Counted from the stretch's first letter, positions 31,558-44,785 are shown. The stretch: DNA of 64,000 nt from Eledone cirrhosa (GCA_964016885.1 OZ024766.1:7130001-7194000), one strand, 5' to 3'. Notes: generated by a model not told the origin, from the letters alone. Numbers and translations are program-made.

Positions 31558-31774
31558 CACATATATAAATATATATATATAAACTGTGTATATATATATC
31601 TTTTGCGGCGGTTGATGATGGCAAAACCTTGCTTTCCATTTATGGTGATGGAAGTTATTTGGCGGCGGCGGGGAGAGGAAGAGGAGGAGACGAAGAAGGT
31701 GCTAAGTAGTGAGGGGGGGAGGGATGTTATGGTGGTGGTGACGGAGGAGACGAAGTGGGGGGCTTAGTAGTGTT

Positions 31775-34340
31775 GGCGGTGACGTAGAGGGCTGTTATGG
31801 TGGTGGTGACGGAGAAGGAGACTTGTAGTAGAGATGGTGATGGCGGTGACGAAGAGGGCTGTTATGGTGGTGGTGACGGAGAAGGAGACTTGTAGTAGAG
31901 ATGGTGATGGCGGTGACGAAGAGGGCTGTTATGGTGGTGGTGACGGAGAAGGAGACTGGTAGTAGAGATGGTGATGGTGGTGACGAAGAGGGCTGTTATG
32001 GTGGTGGTGACGGAGAAGGAGACTTGTAGTAAAGGTGGTGATGGCGGTGACGAAGAGGGCTGTTATGGTGGTGGTGACGGAGAAGGAGACTGGTAGTAGA
32101 GATGGTGATGGCGGTGACGAAGAGGGCTGTTATGGTGGTGGTGACGGAGAAGGAGACTGTGGTAGTAGAGATGGTGATGGCGGTGACGTAGAGGGCTGTT
32201 ATGGTGGTGGTGACGGAGAAGGAGACTTGTAGTAGAGGTCGTGATGGCGGTGACGAAGAGGGCTGTTATGGTGGTTGTGACGGAGAAGGAGACTTGTAGT
32301 AGAGGTGGTGATGGCGGTGACGTAGAGGGCTGTTATGGTGGTGGTGACGGAGGAGACTTGTAGTAGAGATGGTGATGGCGGTGACGAAGAGGGCTGTTAT
32401 GGTGGTGGTGACGGAGAAGGAGACTTGTAGTAGAGGTGGTGATGGCGGTGACGAAGAGGGCTGTTATGGTGGTGGTGACGGAGAAGGAGACTTGTAGTAG
32501 AGATGGTGATGGCGGTGACGTAGAGGGCTGTTATGGTGGTGGTGACGGAGAAGGAGACTTGTAGTAGAGATGGTGATGGCGGTGACGAAGAGGGCTGTTA
32601 TGGTGGTGGTGACGGAGAAGGAGACTTGTAGTAGAGATGGTGATGGCGGTGACGAAGAGGGCTGTTATGGTGGTGGTGACGGAGAAGGAGACTTGTAGTA
32701 GAGGTGGTGATGGCGGTGACGAAGAGGGCTGTTATGGTGGTGGTGACGGAGAAGGAGACTTGTAGTAAAGGTGGTGATGGCGGTGACGAAGAGGGCTGTT
32801 ATGGTGGTGGTGACGGAGAAGGAGACTGGTAGTAGAGATGGTGATGGCGGTGACGAAGAGGGCTGTTATGGTGGTGGTGACGGAGAAGGAGACTGTGGTA
32901 GTAGAGATGGTGATGGCGGTGACGAAGAGGGCTGTTATGGTGGTGGTGACGGAGAAGGAGACTGTGGTAGTAGAGATGGTGATGGCGGTGACGAAGAGGG
33001 CTGTTATGGTGGTGGTGACGGAGAAGGAGACTTGTAGTAAAGGTGGTGATGGCGGTGACGAAGAGGGCTGTTATGGTGGTGGTGACGGAGAAGGAGACTG
33101 GTAGTAGAGATGGTGATGGCGGTGACGAAGAGGGCTGTTATGGTGGTGGTGACGGAGAAGGAGACTGTGGTAGTAGAGATGGTGATGGCGGTGACGAAGA
33201 GGGCTGTTATGGTGGTGGTGACGGAGAAGGAGACTTGTAGTAGAGATGGTGATGGCGGTGACGTAGAGGGCTGTTATGGTGGTGGTGACGGAGAAGGAGA
33301 CTGGTAGTAGAGGTGGTGATGGCGGTGACGTAGAGGGCTGTTATGGTGGTGGTGACGGAGAAGGAGACTGTGGTAGTAGAGATGGCGGTGACGAAGAGGG
33401 CTGTTATGGTGGTGGTGACGGAGAAGGAGACTGTGGTAGAGATGGTGATGGCGGTGACGTAGAGGGCTGTTATGGTGGTGGTGACGGAGAAGGAGACTGT
33501 GGTAGTAGAGATGGTGATGGCGGTGACGAAGAGGGCTGTTATGGTGGTGGTGACGGAGAAGGAGACTTGTAGTAGAGGTGGTGATGGCGGTGACGAAGAG
33601 GGCTGTTATGGTGGTGGTGACGGAGAAGGAGACTTGTAGTAGAGATGGTGATGGCGGTGACGTAGAGGGCTGTTATGGTGGTGGTGACGGAGAAGGAGAC
33701 TTGTAGTAGAGATGGTGATGGCGGTGACGAAGAGGGCTGTTATGGTGGTGGTGACGGAGAAGGAGACTTGTAGTAGAGATGGTGATGGCGGTGACGTAGA
33801 GGGCTGTTATGGTGGTGGTGACGGAGAAGGAGACTTGTAGTAGAGATGGTGATGGCGGTGACGAAGAGGGCTGTTATGGTGGTGGTGACGGAGAAGGAGA
33901 CTGGTAGTAGAGATGGTGATGGCGGTGACGTAGAGGGCTGTTATGGTGGTGGTGACGGAGAAGGAGACTGGTAGTAGAGATGGTGATGGCGGTGACGAAG
34001 AGGAGGTGGTGGTGACGGAGAAGAAGGCTCTGGTAGTAGTAGAGGTGGTGGTGGTGACGGAGAAGATTGGTAGTAGAGATGGTGATGGCGGTGACGGAGA
34101 AGAAGGCTCTGGTAGTAGTAGAGGTGGTGGTGACGGAGAAGAAGGCTCTGGTAGTAGAGGTGGTGGTGACGGAGAAGAAGGCTCTGGTAGTAGAGGTGGT
34201 GGTGGCGGAGAAGAAGGCTCTGGTAGTAGAGGTGGTGGTAACGGAGAAGAAGGCTCTGGTAGTAGAGGTGGTGGTAGCGGAGAAGAAGGCTCTGGTAATA
34301 GAGGTGGTGGTGACGGAGAGGGAGAGGGCTGTTATGGTGG
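31775..34340. repeat. G-rich 67/70-bp minisatellite (about 33 copies) grading into a 36-bp subunit array
   Basis: ggcggtgacgaagagggctgttatggtggtggtgacggagaaggagacttgtagtagagatggtgat. Confidence 0.93.
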
Positions 34341-34774
34341 TGATGACGGTGAAGAAGATGGTGGTGGTGGCCGAGGGGTTGATGATGATGGTGTTGCTTG
34401 GTGGAGAGGGAAAGGGAGACTGGTAGTAGAGGTGGCGGTGACGGAGAGGGAGCTTAGTTGCGATGCTGGTGGTGGCGTTGGCGGTGAGGGTGACTATGGT
34501 AATGATGGTGGTGGTGCTGGTGCTAGGCATGAACGAATGGAAGACACCTCTACGTGGTATCCATTCTAGAAATAGCAGCCAAATCTCCCTCAAACCACAC
34601 TTTTGAATTAGCAGTGTCGGTAGAGGGTCGGGCGCCATGCTTTCCAGCATAGAGTTACGTCCCTTTACGGTCCGAGGTTAACTTTGCCTTTCATCCTTAC
34701 GGGGTCGATAAAATAAAGTACCAGTAATGCACTGAGGTGATTGCTGGCCTTGTGCCAAAAGTAGAACGTCGTTC

Positions 34775-35410
34775 TTCACCCGAAATGTTCGTACACCGAA
34801 ACTATTTTTCGTCATATGAAATGTTGAGAGAGAGAGAGAGAGAGAGAGGAAGCGACTGTGTGTATGAAAGACAGATATCATCGTAGTAACTAACTACACG
34901 GCCAGTGAGACTTCCTCGCCGATACTCCCAGCTTGTTGCCAACCGTTGGTGATGGCTTGTGTGTTCGTTACTCGAGACACTGATCGTCAACCGAAATGTT
35001 CGTAACGCGAAATTATTTTTCTTATTACATGTTGAGAGAAATACCGCGAGAGAGGGGGTGGGGGTGCGGAGGAGAGAGACACTGTGTGTGAAAGATACAT
35101 AGATATCATCGTAGTAACTAACTACACAGCAAACGACACTTTCCAACCGATAAAGACAACTTGTTGTCGATTTGTGTGTTCGTTACTCGCGACACCGCCC
35201 GTCAACCGAAATGTTCGTAAACCGAAATTATTTTTCCCATTACAAAATGTTGAGAGAGATAGACACTGTGTGTGAAAGATACATAGATATTATCATAGTA
35301 ACTAACTACACAGCAAATGACATTTTCTCGTCGATAAAGACAGCCTGTTGCCGATTATTATGTTCGTTACTCGAGACACCTCGTCAACCGAAACTATTTT
35401 TATCCCGACG
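34775..35410. repeat. Diverged CpG-rich tandem repeat of about 210 bp (about 3 copies)
   Basis: cgaaatgttcgta...gatatcatcgtagtaactaactacac...gttcgttactcg near 34781, 34992 and 35206. Confidence 0.7.
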
Positions 35411-35709
35411 AATTTTGACAGAGAAATACAGTGACAAATAGACAGAGAGAGAGAGAAAAAGGGGTGATGTGTGTGAAAGACAGATAGAGAGATAGTAATA
35501 TCTATGTATTAGTTTATTTATCCCTGTTTCTCGTGGAACCCTCTTACGGTTTCGGGTAACACCGGTTGAGAGTCTCGATGTTAACCAGTAAACAACGTCG
35601 CCTACACCGTTCAGCCACGAAGCCATTTGGAGTTATCTCCCTTGCACAGCCCTGTCATTGACTTGGTGTGTCCGTGAGATATATATATATATATTATTCA
35701 AAATATATG

Positions 35710-35771
35710 TTTTATTATATATATTTCGAAGGTACTGTGCTGTTTTTTCAGTACGTCCTCGTCAGATAAAA
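35710..35771 (-). ncRNA. Type I hammerhead ribozyme motif (canonical core)
   Basis: TTTTAT-CTGACGA-GGACGTACTG-aaaaaacagca-CAGTACCTTC-GAAA-TATATA-TA-ATAAAA. Confidence 0.8.
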
Positions 35772-35944
35772 TACATGAATTGATGTACGACATACCGCTA
35801 CGGTTTTGATGGTCCAATTCCAGTATTGGCAGTCATTTATAAGTATTTAATAAATGTCTTCATTTATTAATTGGACAACATTGTATATAGTGTATATATT
35901 GAGTATAGAGTGTATATATAGAGTATATATTGAGAGTGTGCTAT

Positions 35945-36487
35945 GATGTCACTAGTACCAAGCTGTATCAGCCATTGCCTTTCCCTTGGACAACATCATA
36001 TATAGTGTATATAGGGTATATAATGTATATGTAGTGTATATATAATATATATACAGTATATATTGTCATGTCACTGGTACCAAGCTGTATCAGCCATTGC
36101 CTTTCCCTTGGGCAACATCATATATAGTGTATAGAGAGTATATAATGTATATGTAGTGTATATATAATATATACACAGTATATATTGTCATGTCACTAGT
36201 ACCAAGCTGTATCAGCCATTGCCTTTCCCTTGGACAACATCATATATAGTGTATATAGGGTATATAATGTATATGTAGTGTATATATAATATATATACAG
36301 TATATATTGTCATGTCACTGGTACCAAGCTGTATCAGCCATTACCTTTCCCTTGGACAACATCATATATAGTGTATATAGGGTATATAATGTATATGTAG
36401 TGTATATATATAATATATATACAGTATATATTATCATGTCACTGGTACCAAGCTGTATCAGCCATTACCTTTCCCTTGGACAACATC
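35945..36487. repeat. Tandem repeat of about 122 bp (about 4.5 copies)
   Basis: tgtcactggtaccaagctgtatcagccattgcctttcccttggacaacatc near 35947, 36069, 36191, 36313 and 36437. Confidence 0.88.
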
Positions 36488-36989
36488 AGTGGGGTAGAGA
36501 GAGGAGAGACTGGTATATATGGGTGACAGCTGGTCTTCCACAAGACAAATCTTGCCTGGACTTGGGCCTCGGAGGGGAACTTTCTAGATACAAAACCATA
36601 CATTCACACACACACACATACACACACAGAATCACTCCCACGTGCAAACAAACATTTACACACATGCATACATTTACAAACACGCATAGATGCCTATAAA
36701 CATATGCATATGCACACACACACACACACATACAAACACTATACACACACACAGCTAGGCCCAGCCTAAAATATATCTGACCTTTGACCTTGTAATTGTC
36801 AAATATACGTTCATTTATTGTTTAGAACAACATAGGTGTAATATGGTTAAAGTCCAGAACCATTTTATCTCATACTGCCGCTGTCTGTCTGTCTGTCTGT
36901 CTCTCTCTCTGTCTGTCTCTCTCTCTGTCTGTCTGTCTGTCTCTCTCTCTGTCTGTCTCTCTCTCTGTCTCTCTGTCTGTGTATCTGTC

Positions 36990-37025
<36 letters not shown>

Positions 37026-37157
37026 TATTTTCTATCTGTCAGCTTGTCTATCTCTCTCTCTCTCTTTCTGTCTATGTCTGTGTCTGTCTCTCTCTCTATT
37101 TACATATATACACACACACATAGATGTATACACACGCACACACACATATAGATGTAT

Positions 37158-37188
<31 letters not shown>

Positions 37189-37511
37189 CATACACATACA
37201 CACACACATAGATGTATACACACACACATATATATATACACACACACACATGTATACACACACACACACATATATATATACACACACACATATATAGATG
37301 TATACACACACACATATATATATACACATACACACACACATAGATGTATACACACACACATATATATATATACACACACACATATATAGATGTATACACA
37401 CACACACACATATATATATACACATACACACACACATAGATGTATACACACAAACACACACATATATATACATACACACATATATATATGTATACACATA
37501 CACACACACAC

Positions 37512-37550
<39 letters not shown>

Positions 37551-37798
37551 GCTATGGTTCTGTCTATCTATCTGTGTTTGCTTGTATATACATTGGGTTA
37601 CATTTATGTAAATAAGTATATATATATATATATATCTATCTATATATATATATATATGTATGTATATATATATATATGTGTATGTTTATATATATATATA
37701 TATATAAACATATATATACATATATATATGTATGTATATATATATATGTGTATATATATTTATAAACATATATATATATATAAACATATATATTTATA

Positions 37799-37930
<132 letters not shown>

Positions 37931-38109
37931 ATATATATATATATATATAAACATTATATATATATATATATATATAAACATTATATATATATATATATAT
38001 AAACATATATATATATATATAAACATATATATTTATATATATATATATATAAACATATATATATATATAAACATATATATATATATATATATAAACATAT
38101 ATATATATA

Positions 38110-38146
<37 letters not shown>

Positions 38147-38254
38147 ATTATATATATATATATAAACATATATATATATATATAAACTTTATATATATAT
38201 ATATATCTAAACATTATATATATATATATATAAACATATATATATATATATATA

Positions 38255-38307
<53 letters not shown>

Positions 38308-38445
38308 ATATATATATATATGTGTCATCACACATATATATATGTCATCATATGTGGTGGTGTGGGGGAGTGCAGTGTTTATCTGTGTCACTATTGTATT
38401 TTGCTCCACCTGGTGGTGGGAAAATTTATACACCTATGTTTTACA

Positions 38446-38506
38446 ATGATGGATTTTATACACATTTTGGTGTATACATTTTTAGCACTACTCTCTTATA
38501 ACACAG
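38446..38506 (+). CDS. Large lipid transfer protein, probable exon 1 (signal peptide)
   Basis: [20 protein letters not shown] plus G|gtatgt; phase 1 matches the AG start of the next exon (GAG = E). Confidence 0.6.
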
Positions 38507-38539
38507 GTATGTATATACATTTATATATATATATATACA

Positions 38540-38940
38540 TTAGAAAATATATAGCTTTCACCGTATTTTTGACTAAAGGAATTTTAGCCTGATAACGGGG
38601 TTTAGAACCCTCAGATAAATGGAAAAAGATGAGTATTGACGTACATGGGAGTTGAACCCACATCTTTGGTTATCGCGACCACTGTGCTACCTTTACACCA
38701 ACACACCAACCCATCTCTTTCCATTCAAATTAGAAACTACATTCTTAGCGAGTTTAAATGGCAAGTAAGTATGTTTTGAAAAAGTGAGCGAGTTTGGTAC
38801 GTCAATACTTATCTTTTTCCATTTATCTGAGGGTTCTAAACCCCGTTATCAGGCTAAAATTCCTTTAGTCAAAAATACGGTGAAAGCTATATATTTTCTA
38901 ATTTCAAACTCGCTCACTGTTTCAAAACATACTTACTTGA
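38540..38940. mobile_element. Inverted, permuted repeat element containing a tRNA-like cloverleaf (38637-38707 minus)
   Basis: 38540-38644 is the reverse complement of 38797-38902; 38762-38796 is the reverse complement of 38905-38939; minus strand ggtgtgt-tg-gtgtaaaggtagcac-a-gtggt-cgcgata-accaa-agat-gtggg-ttcaact-cccat-gtacgtc-a. Confidence 0.65.
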
Positions 38941-38988
38941 TATATATATATATATAAATATGTACACATACATATGTACATGTATATA

Positions 38989-39022
<34 letters not shown>

Positions 39023-39025
39023 TAT

Positions 39026-40316
39026 ACATGGCTTAGTGGTTAGAGCATTGGCCTTGCAATCGAAAGGTTGTGAGTTCAATTCTCAGACCGGGTGATGTGT
39101 TGTTTCCTTGAGCAAGACACTTTATTTCACATTGCCCCAGTTCACTCAGCTGTAGAAATTAGATGATAGGGACTGGGGTCCCTATCATTCCACTGTAAAG
39201 TGGTCGTGGAGGTGCCACGGCAAAAAAGCACCCAGCACTCACTGTAAATGAGGTTGGTGTTAGGAAGGGCATCCAGCTGTAGAAATCAAGCCAGAATCAG
39301 TTCCCGTCCCACCCTTGCAAGCAGAGAAAAGTGGACGTAAAATGAAATGATGATGATGATGATATATTCACACACACACATATATATGTATAAATACACA
39401 CACATACACATATATATATATATATATAATGTTTATTATAGAAATGGCTTCTACAGGACTAAAACTGTTTTAGTAAAAAAAAATCATCAGGGTTTTCCAT
39501 ATATAAAATATGATGTTTACACTCTGCAGATGTATTGAGTACCTTACTAACTGTGGTTATCCCTGATTGAACCAGGAACTCTCTCTCTCTCACACACACA
39601 CACACATGTCGTGTGCATGTTTATGTATGATGCAGTGTGTATGTAAATATATCCATATATGGATTACTATGTATTACTATATATATATATATATATATAT
39701 ATCATCATCATTTTATGTCCGCTTTTCCCCTGCTTGCAAGGGTGGGACGGGAACTGATTCTGGCTTGATTTCTACAGCTGGCTGCCCTTCCTAACACCAA
39801 CCTCATTTACAGTGATGCTGGGTGCTTTTTTGCCGTGGCACCTCCACGACCACTTTACAGTGAGTGCTGGGTGCTTTTTTGCCGTGGCACCTCCACGACC
39901 ACTTTACAGTGAGTGGTGGGTGCTTTTTTGCCGTGCCACCCCCACGACCATTTTACAGTGAGTGCTGGGTGCTTTTTTGCCGTGGCACCTCCACGTCCAC
40001 TTTACAGTGAGTGCTGGGTGCTTTTTTGCCGTGACACCTCCACGACCACTTTACAGTGAGTGCTGGGTGCTTTTTTGCCGTGACACCTCCACGACCATTT
40101 TACAGTGAGTGCTGGGTGCTTTTTTGCCGTGACACCTCCCCGTCCACTTTACAGTGGAATGATAGGGACCCCAGTCCCTATCATCTCCTTTCTACAGCTG
40201 AGTAAACTGGAGCAATGTGAAATAAAGTGTCTTGCTCAAGGAAACAACACATCACCCGGTCTGAGAATTGAACTCACAGCCCTTCGATTGCAAGCCCAAT
40301 GCTCTAACCACTAAGC
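39026..40316. mobile_element. Inverted pair of SINE B (39026-39363 plus; 39701-40316 minus, with a 49-bp internal tandem x7)
   Basis: Near-identical reverse-complement copies about 340 bp apart. Confidence 0.88.
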
Positions 40317-40612
40317 CTGCTTTTCCACACTTGTATGGGTTTGACAGATCCTTCTCAGCACAGCACCTCTCCACTTGTCGCGTTCCTTTGTCATCTCCTC
40401 TGTGAGTCTGGAATTTGAGGTCAGCTCTCATCACCTCTGCCCATATCTGCTTTAGTCTACCTCTACTGTGGCTTCCATCTACTGGCTTTTCTTGGCACTT
40501 CTTCAACCATTGATCATCATCCATGCACATCACAAGTCTAAACCAACACAGTCTTCTCTCCTGCGCACCTTGGATTCTTCTTAAACCCAGCATCTCCCTC
40601 AGTTCATCCAGC
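40316..40612 (-). mobile_element. RTE-like LINE 3' end
   Basis: LGLRRIQGAQERRLCWFRLVMCMDDDQWLKKCQEKPVDGSHSRGRLKQIWAEVMRADL; tail gtcaaacccatacaagtgtggaaaagcag. Confidence 0.75.
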
Positions 40613-40864
40613 GGATTATTTATATTTTATTTTTCTATTTATGCAAGTCAACTATTATTGTGGTCATTTGCGTTGGGACGCACACATTTTCAAATTACCT
40701 TTTTCTATATTCCAGGCAAAGCGATCACTTTTGGAAACCATGACATTCATTCGGAAAGTCAGAAATGTTTTGGTATGTATATAATTAAGAGTATATATAT
40801 ATATATATATTTTTTTTTTTTTCAAAATATTAATAAATGAAGACATTCACATAATCAAAATATG

Positions 40865-40924
40865 TTTTATTATATATATTTCAAAGGTATTGTGCAGTTT
40901 TTTCAGTACGTCCTCGTCAGATAT
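40865..40924 (-). ncRNA. Hammerhead motif, same family as 35710
   Basis: atat-CTGACGA-GGACGTACTG..CAATACCTTT-GAAA-TATATA-TA-ATAAAA; 5' side interrupted by a mariner-like insertion. Confidence 0.65.
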
Positions 40925-40927
40925 ATA

Positions 40928-41431
40928 CAGGGTGTGGACGATATTTGTTCGCAATTTTCAACTGCTAATTTTATGCAAATTTTTTTTACTTCCGTTGTCA
41001 CTCTTGTCTTCATAAAAACAGTGACTATATTTCCATTATTTATTTTCAGAATAATTGATTATGAATAATTTTGAACCTCCAAATTTGTGGAAGAGACACG
41101 GAGTTCTTCTTGGAATCCGCGCCGGGAGGACAAATAAGACCAGAAGATCAACTCCCAGAACAACAGGTGGCTCGCTGTCTCATCCAAAGACGTGCCCAGA
41201 GTCATGCAGACAAAGTTTCCAGCGACAACATTGGTCTTAGGTGTCGTCAGCAGTCAAGGTGACGTCATCCCACCTCACTTCTTCCCTGAGGGCCTCAAGC
41301 TGAACACCGATGGCTACATCCGCGTTCTGAGTAAGGTAGTAAAGCCCTGGATCGACCAGGTAGCTGCAGGTAGGCCGTACGTGTGGCAGCAAGACTCAGC
41401 GCCCTGCCATACCAGCCGAAAGACCCAAGCC
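40928..41431 (+). mobile_element. Internally deleted, 3'-truncated Tc1/mariner (maT/DD37D-like) transposon
   Basis: TA + cagggtgtgg terminus; MNNFEPPNLWKRHGVLLGIRAG, then QNNRWLAVSSKDVPRVMQTKFPATTLVLGVVSSQGDVIPPHFFPEGLKLNTDGYIRVL...YVWQQDSAPCHTS. Confidence 0.85.
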
Positions 41432-41451
41432 TATATATATATATATAATAT

Positions 41452-41493
<42 letters not shown>

Positions 41494-41600
41494 CATCATC
41501 ATCATCATTTTACGTCCGCTTTTCCCTGCTGCCAAGGGTGGGACGGGAACTGATTCTGGCTTGATTTCTACAGCTGGATGCCCTTCCGAACACCAACCTC

Positions 41601-41640
<40 letters not shown>

Positions 41641-41720
41641 GTTAATGCAATACTTTCATTACACATATCCTGAAAAAAAATATACAGAGCCTATCTATAT
41701 TTCCTCTTTCTCTTGTCCAG

Positions 41721-41884
41721 AGTTCCGGAACAAGCTCGGATATCTCCCCGGGCAGGCCTACACCTACCTGTACCATGTTTACACTGGCACGAAAATAAAT
41801 GGCTTCTCTGATGAGGAGGCAAAAATCTTCTTCCACTCCAAAGTCACCATAACGGCTGTGTCGGAATGTGAATTCTTCATGATT
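41721..41884 (+). CDS. Large lipid transfer protein (apolipophorin/vitellogenin/apoB family) exon 2, start of the LPD_N domain
   Basis: ttgtccag/gtaagt; EFRNKLGYLPGQAYTYLYHVYTGTKINGFSDEEAKIFFHSKVTITAVSECEFFMI. Confidence 0.88.
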
Positions 41885-41984
41885 GTAAGTATGAAAATAT
41901 GATAAAGATCCCATAATTCCTTGTTTTATTCCATTTGTATTCCAATTTCAGGGTCAACTTCCTTTCAAAGTATTTTCCCATTGT

Positions 41985-43460
41985 CACAGTAAAGACTTTA
42001 CCTCACATAATATCTCACATAACATTTACATTACTCTATATATACTATTGTATTTTCATGGTAAAGGATTTATCTCACATAATATCTCACATAACATTTA
42101 CATTACTCTATATATACTATTGTATTTTCACAGTAAAGGCTTTACCTCACATAATATCTCACATAACATTTACATTACTCTATATATACAATTGTATTGT
42201 GACAGTAAAGGCTTTACCTCACATAATACCTCACATAACATTTACATTACTCTATATATACTATTGTATTTTCACAGTAAAGGCTTTACCTCACATAATA
42301 TCTCACATAACATTTACATTACTCTATATATACTATTGTATTTTCACAGTAAAGGATTTACCTCACATAATATCTCACATAACATTTACATTACTCTATA
42401 TATACTATTGTATTTTCACAGTAAAGGCTTTACCTCACATAATATCTCACATAACATTTACATTACTCTATATATACTATTGTATTGTGACAGTAAAGGC
42501 TTTACCTCACATAATATCTCACATAACATTTACATTACTCTATATATACTATTGTATTTTCACAGTAAAGGCTTTACCTCACATAATATCTCACATAACA
42601 TTTACATTACTCTATATATACTATTGTATTTTCACAGTAAAGGCTTTACCTCACATAATATCTCACATAACATTTACATTACTCTATATATACTATTGTA
42701 TTGTGACAGTAAAGGCTTTACCTCACATAATATCTCACATAACATTTACATTACTCTATATATACTATTGTATTGTGACAGTAAAGGCTTTACCTCACAT
42801 AATATCTCACATAACATTTACATTACTCTATATATACTATTGTATTTTCACAGTAAAGGCTTTACCTCACATAATATCTCACATAACATTTACATTACTC
42901 TATATATACTATTGTATTGTGACAGTAAAGGCTTTACCTCACATAATATCTCACATAACATTTACATTACTCTATATATACTATTGTATTTTCACAGTAA
43001 AGGCTTTACCTCACATAATATCTCACATAACATTTACATTACTCTATATATACTATTGTATTGTGACAGTAAAGGCTTTACCTCACATAATATCTCACAT
43101 AACATTTACATTACTCTATATATACTATTGTATTTTCACAGTAAAGGCTTTACCTCACATAATATCTCACATAACATTTACATTACTCTATATATACTAT
43201 TGTATTTTCACAGTAAAGGCTTTACCTCACATAATATCTCACATAACATTTACATTACTCTATATATACTATTGTATTTTCACAGTAAAGGCTTTACCTT
43301 ACATATCTCACATAACATTTACATTACTCTATATATACTATTGTATTGTCACAGTAAAGGCTTTACCTCACATAATATCTCACATAACATTTACATTACT
43401 CTATATATACTATTGTATTTTCATGGTAAAGTATTTATCTCGCATAATATCTCATATAAT
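41985..43460. repeat. 72-bp minisatellite, about 20 copies, intronic
   Basis: cagtaaaggctttacctcacataatatctcacataacatttacattactctatatatactattgtattttca. Confidence 0.95.
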
Positions 43461-43542
43461 ATCGGGTCTATGAGATTTTGAAAGTATTTATTTTGAGAAC
43501 AATACCTTAACATCAGTATGAGCGACCAGTTACAGCCAGTAA

Positions 43543-44430
43543 AACACCCAAGACACCTCCATCAAGATATACCTTGGAGGAGGCCAGCTAAACCTGCATA
43601 GGTGTGAGTTGTAGCATTATAGGACTGGGGTCCCTATCATTAAAACACCCAAGACACCTCCAACGAGATATACCTTGGAGGAGGCCAGCTAAACCTGCAC
43701 AGGTGTGAGTTGTAGCATTATAGGACTGGGGTCCCTGTCATTAAATCACCCAAGACACCTCCAACGAGATATACCTTGGAGGAGGCCAGCTAAACCTGCA
43801 TAGGTGAGAGCTGTAACATGATAGGACTGGGGTCCCTGTCATTAAATCACCCAAGACACCTCCAACGAGATATACCTTGGAGGAGGCCAGCTAAACCTGC
43901 ATAGGTGTGAGCTGTAACATGATAGGACTGGGGTCCCTGTCATTAAATCACCCAAGACACCTCCAACGAGATATACCTTGGAGGAGGCCAGCTAAACCTG
44001 CATAGGTGAGAGGTGTAACATGATAGGACTGGGGTCCCTATCATTAAATCACCCAAGACACCTCCAACGAGATATACCTTGGAGGAGGCCAGCTAAACCT
44101 GCATAGGTGTGAGCTGTCACATGATAGGACTGGGGTCCCTATCGTTAAATCACCCAAGACACCTCCAACGAGATATACCTTGGAGGAGGCCAGCTAAACC
44201 TGCATAGGTGAGAGTTGTAACATGATAGGACTGGGGTCCCTATCATTAAATCACCCAAGACACCTCCAACGAGATATACCTTGGAGGAGGCCAACTTAAC
44301 CTGTATAGGTGAGAGCTGTAACATGATAGGACTGGGGTCCTATCATCTATCATTAAATCACCCAAGACACCTCCAACGAGATACACCTTGGAGGAAGCCA
44401 ACTTAACCTGCATAGGTGAGAGCTGTAACT
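43543..44430. repeat. 101-bp minisatellite, about 9 copies
   Basis: cccaagacacctcc at 43547, 43648, 43749 and onward; contains the gataggactggggtccctatcat hairpin also seen in SINE B. Confidence 0.92.
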
Positions 44431-44506
44431 CACATAGATAATAAATGAACCATCCTAACAACAACAGTCTCTTTACTTCCTTTTTTCTTCTTTCTTTCTT
44501 TTGTAG

Positions 44507-44785
44507 ATGACTGAGGTTAACATTGATGATGATGGAGGCGGGGGAAGGGGTCTGAGGCCAGAAGAAGCAATCTTCCAAGAAGCCGTCCATTTTTCCATGC
44601 ACAACGGAGAAATTTCGACCCTGTGGGAGACCGACTCGGACACTGACCTCGGTCGGTTGTCGGCCCCTAAAACAACACCTCGTAGTCCCTCCGACATGCA
44701 GTGGGTGATGAACATAAAGAGAGGGGCTCTGTCCCTCTTTCAGAATTCCCAGGACTCCTTCGACCGATCTAAGACCCTTGTGGAG
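44507..44785 (+). CDS. Large lipid transfer protein exon 3
   Basis: ttgtag/gtcagt; contains the LPD_N hallmark WVMNIKRGALSLFQ. Confidence 0.92.

Noticed and set aside
32035-34650. Gly/Asp/Glu-rich or Thr-rich ORFs resembling structural proteins or mucins
   Set aside because: The 67-bp unit is not divisible by three, so frames shift and stop repeatedly; minisatellite.
38637-38707. Functional tRNA gene
   Set aside because: Acceptor stem relies on several G.U pairs, position 33 is not U and the anticodon stem has a mismatch; treated as a tRNA-derived repeat head.
41806-41830. CTGATGAG motif inside the lipid transfer protein exon
   Set aside because: It is coding sequence (SDEE) with no downstream stem II-GAAA.
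41192-41902. 236-aa ORF suggesting a transposase-lipoprotein fusion
   Set aside because: Chance read-through of a mariner fragment, microsatellite, SINE tail and exon 41721-41884; the exon has its own acceptor.
41935-43481. 512-aa and 477-aa repeat ORFs
   Set aside because: Products of a 72-bp intronic minisatellite with a unit divisible by three; no ATG start, splice or compositional support.
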